A DNA stretch of 63,851 bases, the filler included, from Intoshia linei (lineage: Eukaryota > Animalia > Orthonectida): assembly GCA_001642005.1 (NCBI GenBank). It is 8 parts of 8 records of this genome, joined end to end, with 100 filler letters (N's around TTAATTAATTAA, not from the genome) between each part and the next. Parts side by side here need not be neighbours in the genome. Positions count along the whole stretch, not along the records: positions 1 to 16,257 come from LWCA01000872.1; positions 16,358 to 38,800 come from LWCA01000595.1; 6 more parts are not named here. One strand, 5' to 3'. Below are positions 14,369-26,000 of the stretch, piece by piece (position 1 is the first letter of the stretch; every line of letters begins with the position of its first letter). A program made the translations under genes and the position numbers. The notes beneath the pieces were generated by a model. It had not been told where the DNA came from and made no database searches. It saw only the letters and a program-made list of their open reading frames with translations.

Positions 14369-15713
14369 GATAAAATTGGAACCTCTTTGTTGTTTAATAT
14401 AAAAGTTAAAGACAAAAATTTATTGTTTAAATTTATATAATAAATGAGAATGTCTTTAAATAATCAATTATATGGACTATTGCGTTATTTTCTATTACCA
14501 ATTAATTTTATTTTTCTGTACAACTGTATCATTTAAATACAATCACATTAAATTACTTTAATGTCGTTACTAAAATAATCAATAAAGACAATTAAAATAT
14601 TAAAAATCTCGGTCAAAAACTACCGAGAATTACATATTTAAGATTTAATGGCGTAAAGTGTTCCAAATCTTTGTAGAATACATTATGCACATTCTTAACG
14701 GGTTTATTTGTAGAATACAAGTCATGACAAAATCAAAAATGTTATTTGATAGTACAGTACTGTATGTATGTTTTTTGCTTTATGCTATAATATTATGTTT
14801 GTAGTGTTATTGTAATCTCAATTGTTTACATTTTAAAGGTAAAAATATATTCATAATTATTTGGTATAAATTTAGATCAGTATCAATGATATATATCAGT
14901 AATAATGCTTGGTTTATAAACCAAAAATATATATTCAACTGATTATAATTAATTCATTATGTTTTCATAATTGCAATTAATTATACATATTTATATGATT
15001 TTATAATATATTTAATTAATATTTTACTTGTAGATAATTTGCGATTCTGTTTTGTTATTTCTATTTTATCTTTTATAATTTCTATAGTTTTGTATTTATT
15101 TAATTGCGCCTTTAATTGTAACAGGTAATACTGAACCGTGAATAATATTTATTAACGATATGTATGAAAATCATTTATTTATGTTACATTTACTAATTAA
15201 CGAGTAATCATTATTATACTAATTGTAATAGTAACTGGTAATTATTAATACTATATGTAGTATTTTAGTTTTTGGTTATGAATGCAAGATTTGGATGAAT
15301 AAAAATTTGAATGTTAAACTTAAAAAATATTCAAGCACTATTATTATTGGTTTACGGAATAAAATCTTTCAACGTTTCAATTTTATTAAATGATAATTCA
15401 GGTAATGATATCAATTTTAATTTACTGATTTTATAATATTTGAACCTATTTTTATGGGAAAATTATATTGATTGGTTGTTTCTTGAAAAATTTATATATA
15501 AAAATTTTTTATCTATGTTCAGTCTCATCTAAATGCATACTGTGGTTTTCGATTTAAAGCACAACTTTTAATTAAATTGATCAGGTTTTTTGAAATCTGA
15601 TACCCTGCCCACGTAATGGTATATTGTCACCGCTACTAAAGTATTTTATATTAAACTAGGTTGACTGATAATTTGATCGTCATATTTTTATAGAGACTGA
15701 AGATACATTGTAG

Positions 15714-16257
15714 TCAATTCCTCATAAACGAAACTATAATAGAGAAATATTGAATTTCCGTAAAAGCAATCAACTCATTATTTTACAATATCTATCTTTT
15801 GATTTTATTTATAAACTTCTCTCTGACGACATTTTGGACGTTTTATTAGAAGAGTCAATTTTAAAGGCAATTGTTATATGGTTAAACTATCAACCGTTTA
15901 ACAGGAAAAAATATATACTGCAACTTTTGAATTGTATACGCCTTAGTCAATTAAATCCAAATGACATTTATGTATTGTTTTTCAACAACTTTTATAACTC
16001 TAATCCAATAAATCGAGACCTTGTTGATCAGTTTTACTCGAATTTGTGTAAATATCATGCTTTACCAACAGGTATTTTTTCTTAAACTTGTATCTCCACT
16101 GATCCCTATTTCAAGAAAAATATTTCGCGGGCCCTTATAAATAGTCTTGGCAAATATGCAAGTTGCACGGTGCTACGCTTCGGTTGTATATTTAGGAAAA
16201 CAAATTTACGTTATGGGTGGGTATAATTCTAATGATCGGCTTAAATCAGTGGAAAAA
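15714..16257 (+). CDS. Kelch-like protein (BACK domain plus kelch repeat), KLHL10-like, partial; runs into a spacer
   Basis: LLSDDILDVLLEESILKAIVIWLNYQPFNRKKYILQLLNCIRL is a BACK-domain signature. After an intron (16072-16144), LANMQVARCYASVVYLGKQIYVMGGYNSNDRLKSVEK is a kelch repeat resembling KLHL10 MHSRRCYVSVTVLGNFIYAMGG. Confidence 0.8.
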
Positions 16258-16357
16258 NNNNNNNNNNNNNNNNNNNNNNNNNNNNNNNNNNNNNNNNNNN
16301 NTTAATTAATTAANNNNNNNNNNNNNNNNNNNNNNNNNNNNNNNNNNNNNNNNNNNN
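16258..16357. other. Artificial contig spacer (also 38801-38900, 53494-53593, 55692-55791, 59409-59508, 61438-61537, 62674-62773)
   Basis: Identical N44-TTAATTAATTAA-N44 block giving stop codons in all six frames. Confidence 0.97.
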
Positions 16358-16768
16358 ATCGAACAATTTATCAATTGTATTAATGAAATTATCCTCACGT
16401 AATATTTGGGATTCACATCTCTTATTTTTATTCTTTTTTAATAAATTATAGCGTTCGCAGTATATCTTTAACATATTTACAATATGTTTCTTATCTTTAA
16501 TAGAAATTGAACTTGTAATCCACAAATCTAACACTTTCATCACAGTTTTATTCAAAACTTGGGAAACCCCATATTCCTTTTTTCTATGATAAAAATAAAC
16601 CTTCCATACGTCCCGTAATGTTGGGAAGTTATATTTATAAAAATCTTCCATCACATTGGCTATTATCCAAATATAATCTTTAAATAAAGACTTTTTTGTG
16701 CGGCCCGCGTAATAATTTTTTTTCACATTTGGCCTGCCAAGCAAATTGAGTCTGACACCCCTGATCAA
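16358..16768 (-). mobile_element. DNA-transposon transposase N-terminal fragment (probably hATm-like)
   Basis: FPTLRDVWKVYFYH...VLDLW...I...KHIVNMLK...Y..LKKNKNKR.ESQ..RE.NF...IDKLFD resembles the N-terminus of invertebrate 'LHWDGK/DTTxxNTG' transposases. Cut by the spacer. Confidence 0.65.
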
Positions 16769-17002
16769 TAATAATTCTTTTTTGATTAAACTGTTTCATG
16801 TATCAATCATGTCAAATCATATCAAATCATTTCATGTATCATGTAAATCACGAGTCCAAAAAAAAATTGACCGGTAGATCATTTTTTAAATTGGTACTTG
16901 GATTTTTTAAAAGTGAAAGTAGAGCCCAGCATAAAAAATATTGGAAAAAACTGGATTAATACTATAGTAATCAAATAATTATTTTCTATAATATGCATTT
17001 AG

Positions 17003-20000
17003 GCTTGCATTATCTTAATTGTACTTGGATGGCTTCATCTTCCTGTTTACATTGCTACAGCTGTAATTATTTTTATTTTTCATATTTTTAGACAGCCAAT
17101 TATACATTATACTATAGGTTGACTGTTATGTACTACGTTGTAGTTTTAATATACATTTTAAACAAAATGTTTTAAAAATGAAAATTTGAGATTGAAAAAT
17201 TGCATAGCAATGAAAAAAATTACCAAGGAATCAATTATATAGATTTTCACCCATATTTCTTTATTGAAAATGTGTAAATATTCCATGCTCATTTTTTTTG
17301 AAATTGTAGGATCAATATTTGCATTTTCAATTTTTATTTTAATCGAAATATTTGAATAATATTGGTTGATAATATTTTAACAATTATTTTTCACCGGGAA
17401 TGCGTAGATTTCTAGGGTTGAAATTTTGTATTCATACCAACTGAAATAAGTTCTATCAGAATAATTTTTTTTTTTAATTTTTGGACTGTTAATTATTTCA
17501 CCATTTTTGTTTTAATAAAATATTTCGGAAATAAATATATGGATACTAAAATGCTTTTTTGTCCGTGAAGGGTCATTTATTCAGATTGAAATTTTTTGTG
17601 TGTGTTAACAGGATACAACTGTACTATCTGTTTTTTTAAATTCTAGGGCTGATTTCATTAAAAAAATGGCTAATTTGTGATTTTGACCCTGAATATATTA
17701 TTTTTTTTAAATTTAGATTTGTGATAATATTTATGACTTTAAAATCCATTCAGCGTGTATATATTTTTTAAATTCTCCAACTCGATTTTCAAAAAAAAAA
17801 GATAATTGGGGTTTTTGACCCGTCAGATGTGAGTTTGAAAAATTGAAATTTATCTTACTAACACCCCGGAAAAAGCTGTAATTGAAATGTGAATTTTATA
17901 AAATTCTAAGATTGGTAGTTATGGAAATTAACGGTAACACACATACAAACAAATATGCATAGAATATTATATAAGTAAGGATGTATTATAATCACATCGC
18001 CGTGGCCCCAGGGCATATGTGACACTAGCTGTAAATGAGAGCCATATAACAGCTTTTTCAAATGAGGGGTCGCTACTCGAAAGATTATTGATAATGTTTT
18101 TCTATATTGTGGTAGTCCAATAATATAATATTTACTATTATTAACATTTTTTCAAGAACTGTAAAACGTTTTGTCAGGATTTCAAAATTTTGATTTTAGT
18201 TAAATTTCTATGAATATCAATTTTTTTTATAATGACAAGGTGTAATGCCTACTTATTGGATTTTTACTTTTTTTAAACATCTTTTAAGGCTACATTACTA
18301 AAAAATGTTTTTTTTTTAGATTTTTTTAACTTTTCAAGTTTTAAATTGCACATTAACTACCTAAAAATGTAATTTTTATTGATTATGGCGAAATATTTAT
18401 TTATTAATTATTTAGGTAGTACAGATTATAATTATAACTTATAATTTATAAGTGTTTTTAAAAGTTTTTTGGTTTGTTTCTAGATATATTTTTAAAGTTA
18501 AATAAGCTCAACATTGTTAAAATTTAAATTAAATAATTAAAATAAAAACAAACACTATTATAGTATCGCAATTAATAACAATTTCGTGTCTATAAGGTGC
18601 ATTACTCTAATTTAAAAACTATTTCAATATCTAGTAAATTATAATGTACAATTGATGAATTATAATTATACAGTGATATGCTTTAGGGTCTAATGATTTG
18701 AATCGTTTCTAGTTACTTTTGTATACAGTACAATTAAAAATATATTAACTCTTTGAGAATTCATCACACGTACTCGTGCGATGGATAATATCAATACATT
18801 ATGGAATTAATAAATTATAAAATCTTGTGCGATAGATAATATCGATAAATTTGAATATCACAAAATCGTGTACGATAGTTAATTATTTAAGTAAACAATC
18901 TAAAATGTATTGGCTTCTAATTTCTTCTATAATTTAGCCTTAATACATTAAAGTAACTAGAAAGCATACATTTGTGCAAAAATGACATGTGCTGTAATAA
19001 ATCCGTGTCGTTTAAATGATCGTATATCAAAATATAATTTGATAAAGATAATCAAATGATGAAATTTAATATTTTAAATTCAAAATTATTTATAAATTTA
19101 TGTTGATTCTGTTTCATTCAGTTCATTTATCCAATTTAATTATAAATTATAATTAAAATTAAAGTTTTAGTATACTTTTACGATCTTTTGATAGTGCGCC
19201 AAAAAAGTCTTAAACTTATAAATAATTTTGATTAATGAAAACAATTTAATATGTAATAAAATAAAGAAATAAAATTAAAAATTTTTTTTACACGGATGTC
19301 CCTATTAGTTCCATATTGTGAAACAACCTAATAGGCATGCGAATTATTGTTATTCCTCGTTATTAATAAATTATTATTAGATTACAACTATACCAGACTA
19401 TACTATAAAAAGATTTGGTGGAAAGAGGATACAATTGACATTGACATGCATATCAATGATGTTTTATATACTTACAAAGATATCTGTCAATATCATGTCC
19501 GGTCTCATATTTATCGAAGTGGCCATTGGCTATAATAGCATATATTCTATTGTTTTCATAATTATTGTTTCATTTGTTATAAGTCTGTACGGTAAGTTTG
19601 TTTATATTTTCGATCCAATTATTCTACTGTAATCAAGTCAAAACTATTTATATTAATGTTTCATTAATTTTGAGTGGGCTGCAACAATAAAAAGTTTGGG
19701 AACTAATGGTCTGGCACATATACTGTAAATGAGCCAACTCTGAGTATTCACTTTTAATGTACAATTTATATCACAGATAGTAATAGCTATTTACATGTCT
19801 AGTGCATAATTTTCACTTTAAAATACGAGTTTGACAGAATGCCTGAACTCGAAGAGTGTATGACATGTAATTGTTTTTACTATTTAGTCTATTAAATCAA
19901 AATTTAAAATTTAAATTTAACATAATTAGCTCATAGAATTTTCTAGATTAGTCAGTACATGTTTTATTTATTAGTAATTATTTATTTCATAGTTTCATAG

Positions 20001-23000
20001 GCCGGGTTTTATATTAAAACACTCGTAATAGAAAGTAATTATTCCTGCACTATCGTGCATATAATGTAAATTGATGTTTTCATAAGAACTAATGAAACAA
20101 AAAAATTCTTCTCGCTAAATTGTAAATTACTATTACATTGTAGTCGTGTACAGCAGGCATTTTCAACCCTTAATCGCTGTGTGACCCCAAAAAATTAATA
20201 ATAATGACAATTTTTAATAAATCATTACATTTGGGTGAAACGAATGATGGTCAAAAGACATGGAGTAGTCTATTTTTGTGAGATGATAAACTTGATGACT
20301 GATTTGTTTGTTATTACTATGAAAATATGATTATATTACAATATTTAAAATTTACTATTTCAAAAATCCCACCGCTAATAAAATTTAATCAAACAAAAAT
20401 ACCATTTTAAGCCCTCATGGAAAAATTGACTTACACTGACATTTTTTTTTAAAAATCCGATTTTACGAAATCTTATTAAAAAAATCCACTTTATCAAACC
20501 ACAAATAAAAAATCTAATTTTCCAGCCCTAAATAGAAAAATATCCTTTTTCCAATACTTTTTTTAAAAGCATCTTATTCCAACCATCAATTATTAACGCT
20601 TAAGGGAATTATCCTCTTTTTCCAATATTATTTTGAAAAATATTATGAGTTGTTACGAACTGGAACGCTATCATCAATATTGTTAAAATTAAAGGAAGCT
20701 CTTATGACCCAATCTACGTCAACACAAAATGAAAGGAATTTCTCTACAGCTTCTAATTTCGTTACAAAACGTAGAACGCATTTCCCGAGAAATCACAATC
20801 ACTACTGAAAATGTATATAATTTTCATGGACCCCCAAAAAAGTGATGTGGACCCCAAGGGATACACATGGACGCCGTTGAGAATACCTGGTGTACAGAGT
20901 TGCCAAATTAAAAAGTTCATATTACGCACAATAGTGGGTTGGAAAATTTAAACTTAAATTTAAAAACATCAAATTGATTGACTAGTAATAATTATTACTA
21001 GTCAAATTATAATCATTATTTACATTGTGAATATAAAATTGTTAATTTTAAATATATTTTTTGAATTCAAAATTAATTATTTATTTCATTTGGTCTAAAA
21101 AATTTAAAAATATACAATTTTATTTAACTTTTTTGAAAGATAGATATACAGAAAAATACATGTCACGTAAAAGTCTATGAGTCAATACTTACTAAAATAA
21201 GGTAGGTTTTGATGAATAGTTTCCTTAATATCTAAACAATTCAAATATCCGAAATTATTTGATAAAAATAACAAGTATTCGGTTCATTTCAACTATTGAA
21301 ATGCAAATATAAAATAGATGGACACAATATTTTAAAGTTTATTGAGTTTTTTAGTGATATTAATTTTACAAAATTTTGAAGTGTTGTATAATTTATATTA
21401 TACAATAATTTAATTTTAATTTAATTTTAATTTAATTTATAAATACATCGAATTTGTGGAAATGTTAAATTTAATTTAAATGCTAACAAATGTAAATTAA
21501 ATTATTACAACAAAAAACTAAACTTTTTATTTTACACTTGTATGTTAAAAATAATTGAGCTATAAAATTGCAATGTTTATAAAAATATATAAGCGTGGAA
21601 TAAATTAAATTAATAAAAAGTGTCTTGATATTTAAAGTTGTAAAGTGCGTTAAAATGTACATTACTAATGGAAATTCGCGAATTACGCACTTTTTGACAA
21701 CTGATAATCATCTACACGACTCGTGTTTCAAAAATTTAAAAATTGTTAACTAATTCTTATTCTTGTGTTATACCTCCTTGGGTACACTCTTTTGAAATAC
21801 ATGTTTTTACATAAAAAATTTTGCGGGAGAATAATTTCTGATTGCATCATTTGATAAAAACTTAATTTATTCGAATAAAATATTTTTAGGTGGATTAACT
21901 TCTGTTATCTTTACTGATTGTATTCAAACATTCGTCATGTTGGTTGGTGCTGGAATAGTCATGATCATAGGTAATGTATGTTAATAAAAATATTGTAAAT
22001 TATGACGAGTCTAGCGTTAAGTCTAAAATACTATACTATATTATATATATAACAATATAATGTTTTTGTATGATTTATTTGGGGACATTTTTTATTTTTA
22101 AAACAAAGAGAAGGTTTGGTTTTTACAATGAAGGTGTGCGTTTATGAGGCTGAGATTTACGACAATGTTAATAATTTTAAAACGCGCCCGATGATTTATT
22201 TTTTTAAATTGTTGGTGTGTTTTTATTTCAAAAAGAATGGCACATTGGGGTTTTGACCTTGAAAGACTCTATTTCGAGAAATGCAACTTATACATAGACA
22301 TTGTTCGTAAAAAATGTATTAGAAATTCTATGGCTATTGTGTTTAAAATAAACGGTAACACACAGACAGAGATGTTCAATTTTATATAATTAAAAGATAT
22401 TACACATATAAAGGGTAAATACAATATATCTTATTGAAATCTTAATATTTATCAAATGTATAGTTACTGATGAGGTATAGTTAATAAATAGTTATTTAAT
22501 ATTTAATTAACCGAACTATCAGGTAAAAATCAATTTTTAGGTTGGTTAAAGTTTATTTTTCCCTTAAGGTTTGCTTACATGTTAATATGAACATTTTAAT
22601 TTTTTTGAGATGATTCACTTGTGACAGTGATGGGATGTAAAACTTTTTATATTTGTTTTCAAATAAAAAATTTTCACCATTTATATTAAATAGTACACTG
22701 TCCATTGGACATGTACACTAGGGTGTTAACTTTTTTCACGAATTTTGGAAGTAGATAAAATCTATGGCCGTACGACATGACAAATACGTTATAAACATTA
22801 ACTATAATGATTGTTTACCATAACTTTACAAAAATATCAGCCAGGTTTCACATTAAAAAATACCGTAATATAATTGAACTGAATAAGAGAAGTACTAAGA
22901 GGGTTTCGAACCATTTCTAATTTAATATGGATATATCTTTAACAGATACTCCTTTGAATGATCCCTTTGCCTTTTTTTCTCTTGTTAGAAGGGTTTTCTA

Positions 23001-26000
23001 TATATTGACGGATTGTGCGATGATCGCGTTTTAAATTTGAAGCTATTTAATTTATTGATATTCCGTTATCTAACATTTTCAGGATTTTATACTTTTAGTC
23101 AACAGTAAGTTATGTTGATTTACCCATAATTATTATAAATTTTGATTAGCATAATAATTTGGCACACTTAAAGTTACTTAAAAATATAAAATGTTAAATA
23201 GTATATTTTTTTAGAAACATGATAAATTTTTTTGTCATAGTAAAGTTTTATATGATCATTGATCAATGATTAAATTATGATAAAAAAATTAATAGAATTA
23301 AGTGACTACTTTTTTAATTATTAATGTTTTTAATATTTGCATAATAACTTAAAACGCAGTGTATTTAATTCAATGTACTTTTTTAGCTTTGATAGAAGTT
23401 AAGGGATATAAAAATTTACATTCTTCATACACAAAATTAATTGATGATAAATGCTACAGTGTACCAAAGGACGCTTGGACCATGTTACGCCCTTGGAATA
23501 GTAAAACCATGCCATGGTTAGGATTCTTATTTGGTCAATCAATGGCTTCAATTTCTTATTGGTGTTCGGATCAGGTACCGATAAAATTAAAATAATTCAA
23601 AAATATATTATTGCATTCTAACTACTTAGTAAAAATATATACTACACGTACAATTTCTATATTTGAATAGTACATACTAGGGAATTACGATTATTCGAAA
23701 AATTGAAAAACAGAATTTAGAATGAATGAATACAAAAGTGTTTTTTGATTGTGAAGGTGTAACTTTGTGTTATTGAAATTTTTTGGTGTGTGTTAATTAT
23801 TTATACACGTAATACATGTAAGTATGAGGTGTTATTTTTATTTAAATTATAGGACTTTTTTTATTTTTTAAAAAAAGGGTAATCTGTGTTTTGATCGTGA
23901 AAATTCACTTTTTAAGGTTTTGATTTATGATAATGTTTATTATTTTTAAAACTATCTAAAAAGTATGCATTTTAAAATTTTAGGCCTGATTTTATTTAAA
24001 AAAAAAAAAAAGGAAATTGGGTTTGAGTTTGCAATTGGGCAAGTAAAGGATTGATCATTTTCGTAAATTTCATTTAGATGATGGTACAACGTGTATTGGC
24101 GTCAAAAAATATTTCTCATGCAAAAGGATCTACTATATTTGCAGCATTTCTTAAATTAACTCCAACATTTTTGCTGGTAATTCCTGGAATGATCAGTCGT
24201 TGCCTTTATGATAGTATATTTTAAAATTATATTATATACCTGGGATCGCTGCAATTGTCTCGTCGTAGACACTATTTGTTATATATAAATCACATGGAGT
24301 TTAAAAAATTATAATATATAATAAATTTACGTATATGATATTTTAAGTAAAAATTTTTTACATATGCAATTTTGTTATAATGTTTCGATTCGAAGTTTTC
24401 GACTTAATCATTAATATAAATACAATTTTTACCTCTATAATTATGATATATTTATTTTAGAGATAATTGGATGCGAGACGGCTGAAACTTGCATGCTATC
24501 TTGCGGCAAAACAACTTCTTGTTCAAATTATGCTTATCCATTTTTAATAATGAAATTGTTACCTTCTGGTAACTTGCATTCTTTATTTTTTATAATTTTT
24601 ATTTTAGGTTTACGAGGGTTGATGCTGGTTGTCTTGGTCGCATCTTTAGTAATGTTATTGTATTTTTTCATTTTAATTTAAATCTAGATAACCGATCTTA
24701 CTTCGATTTTTAATAGCGCATCTTCATTGTTTACCTGTGATTTATATAAGTACATTAGACCTAAAGCTCGTAATCGGGAATTGATGGTTGCTAGTAGGTA
24801 ATTCGATTAGACTTATTAATTTAACGGAAATTTTGTAGTTTTCATTGTTATTTTTTAATGAATTCATTTCTGAATTTTCAATTTGCCCCCTTCGAATAGT
24901 AAATTTCCGCTTGTTGAGAACCAGTGATTTAAATTCCTTTGAACTATGTAGTGTTGGAGTGATACATCTTAAAGTGACATAATCATCAATCTTACTAATT
25001 TATGGTATTGTTAATTTTTTAACGAAATTTTTGTGGATTTCGGATTTGTGAAAAAATTTGGTAGGGTTTTAGAAAGTTTTGTTTCATTTAATTTTTAAAG
25101 GTTTTGCAGATGCATTAAAACGTTAAAAATATTTCCTTTAAAACCCTTCAAATTTTTGGTCAAAAAATTAATGATTAATTAACCGATTATATCGTTTTAA
25201 CAATGCATCGGTAGGTTGGAAAGCTCTGGGTTAGATAAATTGCATTAAGACTTAATTTAGGTGTAAACTTAATTACATATTAAAATTATTTTTTGTAGGA
25301 TTTTTGTAGTATTTATGGTTGTCATAAGTGTGTTGTGGGTTCCAATAATTGAAAGGATGCAAGGAGGTGAAATTTACATGTACATTCAATCAATTGCAGC
25401 TCACATTTCACCACAGATGGGTGTAATGATACTAATTGGAATGCTTTGGACGCGGGCTAATGAAAAGGTTGTTATATTGGCATATACATTTTAGTTAGTA
25501 TTATTAAATCATTTAAACTAGGGAGCTTTTTATGGACTAATGTCAGGTTTAGCAGTTGGAATTATTCGGTTGGTCCTTGATATTGTATACCCAGAACCGA
25601 AATGTGGTGATTTAATCGATGTTAGACCAGCTGTAGTCAAAATTCATTACATGTATATGGCTCTAATTTCCAGTCTCGTAACTTTGATAGTTACTGTTAT
25701 TATAAGTTATCTAACTAAAGAGCCCGAAAAAGATTTCGTAATTTAATTTTAATTGATAATTGTGTAACTAACTTGTTTGTTTTGTAGTTTTTGACGTTTC
25801 TAGATATATTTTTTAAACATTAATACTGAAAATTTTACTACAGTCAATTCTGTTCTATATGAACATCCTAGAATATGAACTCAGCTCAATATGAACACGA
25901 CAATTTTGTTTGAACAAATATTGATTTGACAGTTCAAAACTTTTAATTATATTAAATAATTATATTATTATCGCCATTCATATATGTTCATAGTACAATA

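Noticed and set aside
16302-16313. Recurrent TTAATTAATTAA as a biological repeat or CRISPR-like element
   Set aside because: It is always centred in exactly 88 Ns, so it is an artificial linker.
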